Assembly (NCBI GenBank): GCA_963170165.1
Contig: CAUJGQ010000096.1
Location: 2,243-66,242, forward strand
Direction of reading: 5' to 3'
DNA length: 64,000 bases
DNA from: Chloroflexota bacterium
Lineage (GTDB): Bacteria > Chloroflexota > Dehalococcoidia > CAUJGQ01
In this document: positions 55,681 to 64,000 of the stretch, piece after piece
Layout of the letters: each line of letters begins with the position of its first letter
How positions within the stretch are numbered: position 1 is the first letter of the stretch
Made by a program: the position numbers and the translations under genes
The notes under the pieces: generated by a model
Databases searched by the model: none
Told to the model about the DNA's origin: nothing
The model's input: the letters and a program-made list of their open reading frames with translations, nothing else

Positions 55681-56127
55681 TCAGGCAGGTAGATCGTGGT
55701 GGGCACGCAGCCGATCCGCGATCCGCCGGGCGATGGCGGCGCAGGTGGCATCGGGCGCCGAGGCGGGCAACGAGAAGATAGCGGGGCCGCGGGCGCCGGC
55801 CGGTATTTCGGCGCGGCGGGGGATGACGTGAAAGTGCACGTGGGTGACCGCCTCGGCCAGCAGCACGCTGTAAACGCGCTCGGCGCCGGTCTCCATCTCC
55901 AGCACCGCGGTGAGGCGGACGAGCAGCGGCCCCAGTTCCGCCGCCTCGTGCGGGCTCAGCTCAGCCAGTGACCGTACATGCCGCAGTGGCTTGAGGATCA
56001 GCCAGCCAGGCACCACCGCTGGGGCAAGCTGGTGCTCCACCCGCCACAGGCCATCGTCGTAGATGACCCCGCCCGGCGCCGTGACGTCGCCGCGGTTGGC
56101 GCGGCATGCCAGACAATCCGCAGGCAT
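55681..56127 (-). CDS. HIT family (histidine triad) hydrolase
   Basis: HVHFHVIPR HxHxHxx motif. 148 aa. Confidence 0.8.
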   Translation of the reverse strand: MPADCLACRANRGDVTAPGGVIYDDGLWRVEHQLAPAVVPGWLILKPLRHVRSLAELSPHEAAELGPLLVRLTAVLEMETGAERVYSVLLAEAVTHVHFHVIPRRAEIPAGARGPAIFSLPASAPDATCAAIARRIADRLRAHHDLPA

Positions 56128-56137
56128 CTCCGGCCCC

Positions 56138-57016
56138 TCAATCGCGGCGCGCGGGGCGGCGCTGGTTGGCCAGCAACGCGTGCATGGTCCCGCCGATGGG
56201 ACCCAGGTGGTCGTACAGCGTCGTGGTGGCGACGCCTAATCCAACGGGCTCCGTGACGCGCTGCGCCTGCATTCCTACCCACTCGCCATCCGGCAGGCGA
56301 TGAAGGTAGAGAGTGATGTCAGCGTTGATGTAGCCCTGCCCGCCCGGCCGGCCAATGTTGGCGAAGGCGTTGCCGAAGTCCGATACGGCAGCGGCGCGCA
56401 CCAGCGGGCTGGTCGGCTCTCCGGCCACCAGCGGCACCGGGATACGGATCCAGGCCATATTGGGGCCGTGCTCGTAGGGGCGGTTGACCCAGCGGACTTC
56501 GATGGTGGTGTGGAACCCGGACGGCACGTGCTCCGGCGGCCCCTCCATCCGGCGCATTCCCCCACCCATGCTGGAGGTGGCCAGCCCCTCCGGCCCGGGC
56601 GGCATCGCCCGTCCCTCGTGCGGGTCCGCCTGCGCCTCGCTCTTGCGCAGCAACACCGCCGTCGCCCGGCTCACCTCCACGTCATCGGCGAATAGGCCTG
56701 CCTGGACGGCGTGGATACGGTTGCCCTCGCGCACCGTCTCCGCGCGCACCTCCAGCGGCTGCATCGGCACCGGGCGGAACAGATCAATCGTCAGGCGGGT
56801 GACGGCGAAGGTGGGGTCCGGTACATGGTGCTCAATCGCACGCGCTAGCAACCCGGCGGGCGGACCGCCGTGCAGCAGGCCCGGCCCCCACGGGCTGCCT
56901 GCCCGCTTGGTCGGCACGAACCGGCCCCCGTCCGGCACAAAGATCGCATCCTCCGCCACACCAGCACCCCCATGCGCCAATGATGAACGGCCCGCCTCGC
57001 GGTCACCGTTCATCAC
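56138..57016 (-). CDS. acyl-CoA thioesterase II-like (double hotdog)
   Basis: 292 aa, N-terminal GGPPAGLLARAIEHH, and two hotdog halves. Confidence 0.65.
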   Translation of the reverse strand: MMNGDREAGRSSLAHGGAGVAEDAIFVPDGGRFVPTKRAGSPWGPGLLHGGPPAGLLARAIEHHVPDPTFAVTRLTIDLFRPVPMQPLEVRAETVREGNRIHAVQAGLFADDVEVSRATAVLLRKSEAQADPHEGRAMPPGPEGLATSSMGGGMRRMEGPPEHVPSGFHTTIEVRWVNRPYEHGPNMAWIRIPVPLVAGEPTSPLVRAAAVSDFGNAFANIGRPGGQGYINADITLYLHRLPDGEWVGMQAQRVTEPVGLGVATTTLYDHLGPIGGTMHALLANQRRPARRD

Positions 57017-57171
57017 TCTCCGTCACTCTACGTGAGGCAAGGACAGAGGGTAAGCCAGGATGCCTGAGGACAGGGCAGCGCACCGCAGACGGCGCGGCAG
57101 ACAAGAGACCTCCGGCAGGTCATTGCCTGTTGCGGTGCGCTCCGCCTGCTCTCCGGATATCGGGTGCGGGA

Positions 57172-57789
57172 TCATTCCTCAATTATCACGCCGAACGGAT
57201 AGAGCAGGGCAAGGGCGTCCGGCAGCGACAGCTTGAGGCCACGGATGCGGTTGGCGGTGGGATCGATGACATACGAGCGGGCGTCACGCAGATCAGCGCC
57301 CTGCAAGTTGGTGTGGTGGAAGGTGGCGCCCTCGAGTTCCAGCCCGCGCAGGGATGCGCCACGCAGATCGCACTCGGTGAAGTCGGCGTGACGCGCCGTG
57401 CCACCGGTCATCGTCAGGTCCCTGAGGCGCATCCCCTGGAAGATACCGTAGTCGAGCACGCAATCCTCGAACGAGAAGGAGAGGAGCGCCTTCGCTGGTT
57501 CGGAGCCGCCCAGCTCCGTCCAATTCACGCCGGCCATCTTGCTACGGCGGAAGCGAACGTCGCGCAGGTCCGTATTGGTCAGGCGCGCACCGCTCAGGTC
57601 GCACCCCTCAAACCGGCACTCCAGCAGCCGGCTGCGGTGCAGCGTAGCTTCGTTCAGCCGGCAACGCTCGAACAGGCACCCTTCAAACTCGACATGGCTG
57701 ATGCGCAACCCCGCCAGCATCCGGCCGGAGAGCCGCAAACCTTCATAGCGCTCACCGTCCTTCAGCACGATGCCTTCCGCATCGCTCAT
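57172..57789 (-). CDS. pentapeptide repeat protein
   Basis: Tandem A(D/N)LxxA(D/N)LxxA pentapeptides throughout (ADLRDARSY, ANLQGADL, CDLRGASL...). Confidence 0.8.
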   Translation of the reverse strand: MSDAEGIVLKDGERYEGLRLSGRMLAGLRISHVEFEGCLFERCRLNEATLHRSRLLECRFEGCDLSGARLTNTDLRDVRFRRSKMAGVNWTELGGSEPAKALLSFSFEDCVLDYGIFQGMRLRDLTMTGGTARHADFTECDLRGASLRGLELEGATFHHTNLQGADLRDARSYVIDPTANRIRGLKLSLPDALALLYPFGVIIEE

Positions 57790-58310
57790 GGCGCGGACTC
57801 CGGCTCCGGCGGCCAGATAGGCGTGGCGCATCCGCCGCTACAGGTGTGTGACAGATAGGCCAGCTCGCGCAGCACCGCTTCCTGCCCGGGTAGGGCATGC
57901 CCCTCGTTCGCCGCACACCACAGCGCCGGCGCGCCGAAGCGATCGGCGATCAGCAACGCCACCCCACCGGCGGTGACACCATAGCGCCGCGCCGTAGCAG
58001 CTTCGGGGTCGGCCAGCACCGGGAACGGCAGCGCCAGCGCGTCGCGCAGCTGCTCGGCGCTGCTCACCGAACCGGGGATGATTACCAACGGTTCGGCGTC
58101 TGCAAAGGCGTAGTCGCCGTAGTGAGGCAGGATGACGGCAGCGATGTCGCGGCAGGGCGCACAGTCCGGGGCATGCAGAAAGAACAGGGCCACGCTGCGC
58201 CGGCCGCGATAGGCGCGCAGCCGCACCGCGCCACCTCCGGCCCGCGCCAGATCAAACGCCGGCACAAGGTTGCCTTCCAGCTGGGGACCTGCCGATGCCT
58301 GTGCCGTCAT
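57786..58310 (-). CDS. peroxiredoxin/thiol-disulfide oxidoreductase (AhpC/TSA-redoxin fold)
   Basis: Thioredoxin-fold spacing with a CAPC pair (FFLHAPDCAPCRD). 174 aa. Confidence 0.6.
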   Translation of the reverse strand: MTAQASAGPQLEGNLVPAFDLARAGGGAVRLRAYRGRRSVALFFLHAPDCAPCRDIAAVILPHYGDYAFADAEPLVIIPGSVSSAEQLRDALALPFPVLADPEAATARRYGVTAGGVALLIADRFGAPALWCAANEGHALPGQEAVLRELAYLSHTCSGGCATPIWPPEPESAP

Positions 58311-58435
58311 GACCTCACCCCTGATGACGCTGCTCTGATGGTAGCCCGCCCGTGCAACCGGTAGCGATCATCCGATGTGAAGATTGCGTACAATGTTGCG
58401 CACCCGCCATGCGGCTGACAAACAGGGAGGACACC

Positions 58436-59557
58436 ATGGCGGCGTTGCTGGAGCGGCTGCACGCGCTGGCGCCGGTACTGACGCGGCGAGAGACAGAAGA
58501 GCCGGACGTATATCCGGCCGCGAACATCGCAGACGTTCAGGAGGCAGGTCTGCTGCGGGCGCCGTTCGCACCGGAGCGCGGCGGTGAAGGAGTCTCAGCC
58601 GCCGTGGCGGCCGAGGCGGTAGCCCTGCTGGCAGCGGCCTCCCCCTCGCTGGCGCTACTGGCGGCGATGCCGTTGGGGCTGGCGGGTGTGCTGGAGCACG
58701 GCGGCGCGGCCGTACCTGAGGAACAGCGGCGGGCCTGGCAGCAGCAGCGCGAGGCCGTGGCAGCCGACTTCCGCGCCGGCCGCATCTACGCCGCCGCCAA
58801 CTCGGAGAAGGGCGCCGGTGGCTCGCTGGCTGCGACCAAGACAGTGGCGACCCGTGCGCCAGACGGAAGCCTTCACCTGACCGGCGAAAAGATATTGGGC
58901 TCCTTTGGGCGGCACGCGGATGTGTTCTTCTCCACGGCGAAGGTAGACGCTCGCGATCTCCCCGGAGCAGGCATCGTCGAGTTCTTCCTGATGCCGGTGG
59001 ACCAGCCAGGGGTAGTGGTGCTGGACGACTGGGACGGTTTCGGGATGCGCTCAACCGAAAGCCAGACCGTACTGCTGAACGACGCAGCAGCTACCGGGGT
59101 ACTGGGCTTTCCGGGGTTCATTGATCACGTACAGCCCACGACGTATTGGTACCTGCTGTTCGCGGCGATTCCGCTGGGGTGCGCGGCGGCGGTATTGCAC
59201 GCGCTGGCGACACCGGCACCGGCATCGGCAGCGCTGCGGCTGCGCTTCTCCGAGGCGCTGATGCGTTACGAGTCACTGCGCGCCTATCTGCTGGAGACCG
59301 CCACCGCCTGGCATCCCGCCGGCGATGACGCGGCCTACCGTGCCCGGGTGCTCCGCACCAAGACGTTCGTCGCACAGGAGTCGGTGAAACTCTGCGCCGA
59401 ACTGTTCGCCCTGGCCGGTGGGCGGCACTACCGGCGGACCGACCCGGTGGCGCGGTCGCTGGCCGGGTCGTTTGCGGGGACGGCGCTGCGCCCGCCGCTG
59501 CCGCTCGGCCTGGAGAGCCTGATCGAGAACTTCGGGCTGGGCGATCTTGGTAGCTGA
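58436..59557 (+). CDS. acyl-CoA dehydrogenase family protein
   Basis: ACAD-like domain order. GGGAGGA RBS before ATG 58436. Confidence 0.65.
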   Translation: MAALLERLHALAPVLTRRETEEPDVYPAANIADVQEAGLLRAPFAPERGGEGVSAAVAAEAVALLAAASPSLALLAAMPLGLAGVLEHGGAAVPEEQRRAWQQQREAVAADFRAGRIYAAANSEKGAGGSLAATKTVATRAPDGSLHLTGEKILGSFGRHADVFFSTAKVDARDLPGAGIVEFFLMPVDQPGVVVLDDWDGFGMRSTESQTVLLNDAAATGVLGFPGFIDHVQPTTYWYLLFAAIPLGCAAAVLHALATPAPASAALRLRFSEALMRYESLRAYLLETATAWHPAGDDAAYRARVLRTKTFVAQESVKLCAELFALAGGRHYRRTDPVARSLAGSFAGTALRPPLPLGLESLIENFGLGDLGS

Positions 59558-59845
59558 TCGCCAGGTAGCAGAACCCCCTCGCCGCGGTGTGCAGGGCGTC
59601 TCTCACGACCAGCGGGGCTAACCAGGATGATGCATGAGTGGCCAACGGGCCCCAGCGTGACGCGCAGCAATCACCGGCTGGCATGCCGGGGTTTGCGGCA
59701 ATCCGGACCCTGCCGGGGTGGCACTGGGCATGAAGGATGGCCGCATGGGGGTGAGGGCTCAGCCACTGGCGCCCCCTCACCCGCTGGCGGGCGAGGGGAC
59801 AGGGGTGAGGGCCAGCCTGCCGCGGCCGCCGATGATTGATCCGGA

Positions 59846-60781
59846 CTAGCGGAAGCGCGGCATGACCGTCTCCGCGAACAGCTTCGCCCCGACGCGCGTA
59901 TCCCGGCCGAAGAACTCCAGCACGAAGTGGGTGCAGCCCAGGTCGATATGCCGTTGGATGCGCTCAGCGACCATATCCGGCGTGCCGGCAAGCGACAGCG
60001 GGCCACGCACGTTGCCCATATGCCCGCCGAACAGCTTCTCGGCACGCTGCAGGGCAGGCTCCACCTCGGCGTCGTTCTCAACGATCAGCACCATCGCCTG
60101 CTGCGATACGCGGATGCTGTCCGGGTCGCGGCCCGTGTCCTTGCAGTGCTGGCGTAGCACCGACACCTTATGCTCCAGCCGCGCCTGATGGCCGGCGAGG
60201 TTGTTCCAGATGTCGGCGTAGCGGGCGGCGATGCGCATCGTCACCTTCTCACCGGAGCCGCCGATCAGTAGCGGCGGGCGGCGCACCGGCGGCGGAGAGA
60301 TCGTCAGATTCTCCGTCCGGTAGTGCTTGCCCGCAAAGGTGACGCCGGGCTCCGTCCACAGCTTGGTCATCAGCGCCGCCGCCTCGCCAAGGCGCTGGAG
60401 ACGGACCTTTGTTTCCGGGAAGTCAAAGCCGTAGGAGACGAACTCCTGCCGCATCCAGCCGGCGCCAATGCCCGGTGTCACCCGGCCGCCGGTGATGCGG
60501 TCCAGCGTGGCGATCACCTTCGCGAGATAGGCGGGGTTGCGGAAGCCGGGGGGCGTCACCAGCGTGCCCAGCTCCACTCGCTCGGTCACGGCGCCGAGGG
60601 CGGTGAGCAGCGTCCATGACTCGAGGATAGGGATCTCGGGGCGGGGCACGCCCAGCAGGTGGTCGCACGCCCACAGCGAATCAAACCCCAGCCGCTCAAA
60701 CTCCTGTCCAGCCTCTTTGGACTCCTCCCAGGTGCGGCTGATCTGAGGAATGGTGACGCCGAAATGCACCGGCACGCCCAT
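59846..60781 (-). CDS. LLM class F420-dependent oxidoreductase
   Basis: Luciferase-like motifs (GFDSLWACDHL, LGTLVTPPGFRNPA, PLLIGGSGEK). Confidence 0.8.
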   Translation of the reverse strand: MGVPVHFGVTIPQISRTWEESKEAGQEFERLGFDSLWACDHLLGVPRPEIPILESWTLLTALGAVTERVELGTLVTPPGFRNPAYLAKVIATLDRITGGRVTPGIGAGWMRQEFVSYGFDFPETKVRLQRLGEAAALMTKLWTEPGVTFAGKHYRTENLTISPPPVRRPPLLIGGSGEKVTMRIAARYADIWNNLAGHQARLEHKVSVLRQHCKDTGRDPDSIRVSQQAMVLIVENDAEVEPALQRAEKLFGGHMGNVRGPLSLAGTPDMVAERIQRHIDLGCTHFVLEFFGRDTRVGAKLFAETVMPRFR

Positions 60782-60853
60782 GGCTGCCCTCCCTATAGCA
60801 TCGTCCGTGCCATTATGAGTGATTGGCGCGCAAGGGACAGGGCCGGCCGGCGG

Positions 60854-63028
60854 CTACATGCCAAGATGCTGGGGCACATCGACCACGACCGTGTCGCGGC
60901 GGAACAACAGCGCTGCCTTGAGGCGCAGCGCATCCTGATTGTGCAACAGCGTCTGCCACCAGCGCCGCGGCACGAACTCCGGTAGCACCACGGTGATAGT
61001 GGTTCCCGGATTCCTGCTCTCGATCAGATCCATGTAACGTAGCAGCGGCTCGGTGAATGACCGGTACGGCGACTCAATCACCACCAGCGGCACATCGCCC
61101 GCCCACCGCTCCCACTGCCGGCGCAGGCCGTCCGCGGCGCGTGGCTCGTCCGTGATGTGGACGGCCGTGACCCGCGTCGCGATTGAGCAGGCATAGGCCA
61201 GCGCCCGTACCACCGGCTTGTTCAGTGATCGCACGGGCACAATCACGGTCGGGGCGTGCCCGGTCAGCACCAGCGGCTCATCCAGGGTGGGTAGCGCCAT
61301 CTCCCGATCAACGGCATCGTAGTGCCGCCGGATCAGCCGGAAGCACAGTACCAGCACCACGCCGATCAGTAGCGACATCCACGCGCCATGAGTGAACTTG
61401 GTCAGCGTGATGATCAGCGCGACGATCACTGTCGCCACGGCGCCGGTGGCGTTGATTGCGAGTGACCGCCGCCAGCCCCGACCGCGCTCGCGCAGCCAGT
61501 GACGCACCATTCCAGATTGCGACAGCGTGAATGATACGAACACACCGATCGCATACAGCGGGATCAGCCGTGTTACGTCGCCACCAAAGCCGGTCAGAAT
61601 CGCGATGGCGGCCGCACCCAGAACGATGATGCCGTTCGAATACGCCAGCCGGTCGCCGCGAAAGGCGAACTGCCGCGGCATGTAGCCATCCTTGGCCAGC
61701 AGCGATGCCAGCCGCGGGAAGTCCGCGAAGGCAGTATTGGCAGCCAGCAGCAGAATCATGGCGGTGGCGCCCTGCCACATGAAGTAGAAGAGGTTCTCGC
61801 CGCCAAACACCTCCCGCCCCAACTGCGAGACGATCGTCTGTCCCGGCTCCTCGCGCAGTCCGTACTGGTTGGCGAGCAGCACCGTTCCAAAGAACAACGT
61901 TCCGAGAATCACCGCCATCCACGCGAGGGTGACCGAGGCGTTCCGGGCCTCGGGTGGCTTGAAGGCTGGCACGCCGTTGGAGATCGCTTCTACACCTGTG
62001 AGCGCGGCGCAGCCGGAGGAGAACGCCCGCAGAATGAGGAAGAGCCCCAGCCCCTGACTGGCAGCGTGCATCTCCTCATAGGCCACAGGCTGGATGCCGC
62101 CGGTCAGATAGCGGATCGCACCCACGACGAGCAGTGCCACGCCCATCAGGATGAATGCATAAGTCGGTACGGCAAAGATCGTCCCGGAGTCACGCACGCC
62201 GCGCAGGTTGAGCAGCGTCACCACCACAATGGCGGCAATGCCCATCGGAATGCGGTACCCGGCTGAATCAGGAACGGCAGCGATGATGGCCGCGACACCC
62301 GCGGCGACCGAGACGGAGACGGTGAGGATATAGTCCACCAGCAACGCCCCGGCCGCCGCCTGACCAGGCAGATTGCCAAGATTCTCGTGGGCGACGATGT
62401 ACGCGCCGCCACCGTTGGGGTAGGCGCGGATGGTCTGCTGGTACGAGACCGCGACGATAGCCAGCAGCGCCACGATCGCCGCCGCGATTGGGATCGCCAG
62501 CCCCAGATGACCGGTGCCGGCCAGCATCAGGATAATAATGATCTCACCACCGGCATACGCCGAGGAGGAAACGGCATCGGATGAGAAGACGGCCAGCGCC
62601 TTCAGCTTCGATAGCCGCTCATGCGCCAGCCGCGTCGAGGAGAGTGGCGCGCCCACGAGCACACCCTTGACCTGTCCGGCGAGTGCGGCCACGCCGCTGC
62701 GCGGCCGGGACGCCTCCTGGGTCGCTTCCAGGACACCGCCAGAACGGCGCCGGAACCCATCGCGCGGCTCAGTCGTCATCACCCGGATATACTGCGACTT
62801 CGATTCGCGCCCGTGCATGAGCTCGCCCGGCGCCCGCACGGCATGTGCCGTGGACTGCTCTGGTGGCAAAGCCCGTGGCTCCACCACGACCAGGCGCGGG
62901 GAGGTTTCCCCGTTTGCCACCGGCAGCGCCGGCTGCGTCCGGCGCGGCGGGCGAATGACGCGCCGTTCCTGCTGCTGCTCGTCGGTCAAGCTGCTGGGAG
63001 TCTCCATCGCTGTCCCCGTTCGGTCCAC
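60854..63028 (-). CDS. APC superfamily permease (12 transmembrane helices) with about 100-aa N-terminal and about 160-aa C-terminal cytoplasmic extensions (USP-like)
   Basis: Amino-acid-permease-like transmembrane core. C-terminal TVIVPVRSLNKPVVRALAYACSIA...VHI resembles a universal-stress-protein alpha/beta domain. Confidence 0.7.
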   Translation of the reverse strand: MDRTGTAMETPSSLTDEQQQERRVIRPPRRTQPALPVANGETSPRLVVVEPRALPPEQSTAHAVRAPGELMHGRESKSQYIRVMTTEPRDGFRRRSGGVLEATQEASRPRSGVAALAGQVKGVLVGAPLSSTRLAHERLSKLKALAVFSSDAVSSSAYAGGEIIIILMLAGTGHLGLAIPIAAAIVALLAIVAVSYQQTIRAYPNGGGAYIVAHENLGNLPGQAAAGALLVDYILTVSVSVAAGVAAIIAAVPDSAGYRIPMGIAAIVVVTLLNLRGVRDSGTIFAVPTYAFILMGVALLVVGAIRYLTGGIQPVAYEEMHAASQGLGLFLILRAFSSGCAALTGVEAISNGVPAFKPPEARNASVTLAWMAVILGTLFFGTVLLANQYGLREEPGQTIVSQLGREVFGGENLFYFMWQGATAMILLLAANTAFADFPRLASLLAKDGYMPRQFAFRGDRLAYSNGIIVLGAAAIAILTGFGGDVTRLIPLYAIGVFVSFTLSQSGMVRHWLRERGRGWRRSLAINATGAVATVIVALIITLTKFTHGAWMSLLIGVVLVLCFRLIRRHYDAVDREMALPTLDEPLVLTGHAPTVIVPVRSLNKPVVRALAYACSIATRVTAVHITDEPRAADGLRRQWERWAGDVPLVVIESPYRSFTEPLLRYMDLIESRNPGTTITVVLPEFVPRRWWQTLLHNQDALRLKAALLFRRDTVVVDVPQHLGM

Positions 63029-63226
63029 CGGTGTACCGGCCAGATGTGCTGGTCAGCTCTCATCCATGCTAGGACGGGCACGCCGCGACGGCAGGCAGGA
63101 CGCATAAGTGCTGCATAAGCGTTTCGGTTGGCGCGTACACCGCGCGATCGGTGGCAATACCACACAGGCAGAAGGAAGCTTCCGGAGGGCAGAGACACGG
63201 CAGCGCCTGAGCGCCTGGCCGCTCGC

Positions 63227-63925
63227 TCAATCGCTCGCAACCAGACAAAACCGGTAGCCAACGCCCGGCTCTGTCTGAATCAGCGCCGGCCGCGCGGGGT
63301 CGGCCTCGAGCTTGCGGCGCAGGCCGAGCACTACGTTGCGGAGGTACTGCGCCTCTGTGGCGTACTCCTTCCCCCACACCGCGCGCAGGATGCCGGCGTG
63401 CGTCAGTGCCCGGCCGGCATTGGTAGCCAGGTACTTCAGCACGTCGTACTCCTTGGGCGTCAACGCCACCGGCAGATGGTGCAGCGTGACGGCCCGCCGC
63501 TCGAAGTCGATGCGGAGCGGCCCGGTTTCAAATACCGGGGCGTCACTGCGGCCGGCACTGCGCCGCAGGGCAACGCGCAGCCGGGCTAGCAGCTCCGCCG
63601 CGCCGAAGGGCTTGGTCAGGTAGTCATCGGCGCCCAGGTCGAGCGCCTGTACTTTGATCGGCTCATCACCCTGCGCCGAGAGCACGATGATCGGCACGTC
63701 CGAGCGCTGCCGCACCTGCCGGCATACCTCCAGGCCATCGATGCCGGGCAGCATCAGGTCGAGCAGGATGACATCGGGCAGGCGACGAGCGAACTCCGCT
63801 AGTGCCGCCTCGCCGGTCGAGACGGGCGCCACGTCATAGCCGCTCCCCGCCAAGGTCAGCCGCAACGAGCGCAGCATGTGCGGCTCATCGTCGACCACCA
63901 GCACCCGTGCACCGCTCATTGGCAC
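63227..63925 (-). CDS. kdpE: OmpR-family response regulator, KdpE-like
   Basis: Receiver VLVVDDEPHM...LDLMLPGIDG plus a winged-helix C-terminus (YLRNVVLGLRRKLE, TEPGVGYRF). The 3' end of an upstream gene on the same strand runs off the window. Confidence 0.7.
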   Translation of the reverse strand: MPMSGARVLVVDDEPHMLRSLRLTLAGSGYDVAPVSTGEAALAEFARRLPDVILLDLMLPGIDGLEVCRQVRQRSDVPIIVLSAQGDEPIKVQALDLGADDYLTKPFGAAELLARLRVALRRSAGRSDAPVFETGPLRIDFERRAVTLHHLPVALTPKEYDVLKYLATNAGRALTHAGILRAVWGKEYATEAQYLRNVVLGLRRKLEADPARPALIQTEPGVGYRFCLVASD

Positions 63926-64000
63926 TGTCCGTCAGTCCTGCCCGCGCCCGCCGGGCTCTCCCGTGGCGCTACGACGCCGGGGCCGCCACCGATCACTGCG

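Noticed and set aside
1-64000. CRISPR arrays, rRNA, tRNA
   Set aside because: No regularly spaced short direct repeats and no rRNA-like or cloverleaf-like (GTTCGAATCC-type) sequences were seen on reading through the window.

Overview
This 64-kb window is high-GC (about 68-72% by eye) with strong GC3 bias and is densely coding, with roughly 58 protein genes. I found no rRNA, tRNA or CRISPR array. The gene content points to an aerobic, F420-using high-GC Terrabacteria lineage (Actinomycetota- or Chloroflexota-like), but I cannot assign taxonomy. That content includes three luciferase-like F420-type oxidoreductases, an MMPL/RND transporter, TreY-MalQ trehalose genes, a Tat-lipoprotein family-5 substrate-binding protein, Ser/Thr signalling, and a principal sigma factor with a long leader.

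Most of the window is metabolic and regulatory. It holds a peptide/nickel-type ABC importer (binding protein plus two permeases), a tandem SDR-SDR-P450 cluster, and a CoA-transferase/cupin/enoyl-CoA hydratase/nitroreductase group. An MMPL transporter sits divergent from a DesK/LiaS-type histidine kinase and a LuxR response regulator. An ACAD-APH-SDR-APH block looks like a 4-hydroxyacyl-CoA (Lva-like) catabolic module. A YprA/MrfA-like DExH helicase with a DUF1998 domain lies next to a small zinc-ribbon gene and a membrane PLD. A CarH-like B12-MerR regulator heads a MacB-type ABC exporter operon. There is a TPP enzyme, then malQ and treY, a second APH/HIT/thioesterase/peroxiredoxin/ACAD group, and an APC permease beside a KdpE-like regulator.

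The standout is a 5.7-kb islet of visibly lower GC (about 36.5-42.2 kb). It is bounded by two 98-bp direct repeats that are 97% identical. The repeats duplicate the last 14 codons, the stop and the terminator hairpin of the TPP-enzyme gene, which is an att-like signature of site-specific insertion, yet the islet has no integrase. The islet carries one four-gene operon: a vWA protein, a fused tandem vWA-vWA protein, a PP2C phosphatase, and a protein-kinase-like protein. The architecture matches the TerY-P (vWA/PP2C/Ser-Thr kinase) triad, which has been reported as an antiphage system. It departs from that triad in three ways: it has three vWA modules, one gene shows an internal duplication that still shares an 87-bp perfectly identical core, and the kinase carries a C-terminal OB-fold-like domain, a proline-rich linker and a transmembrane anchor.
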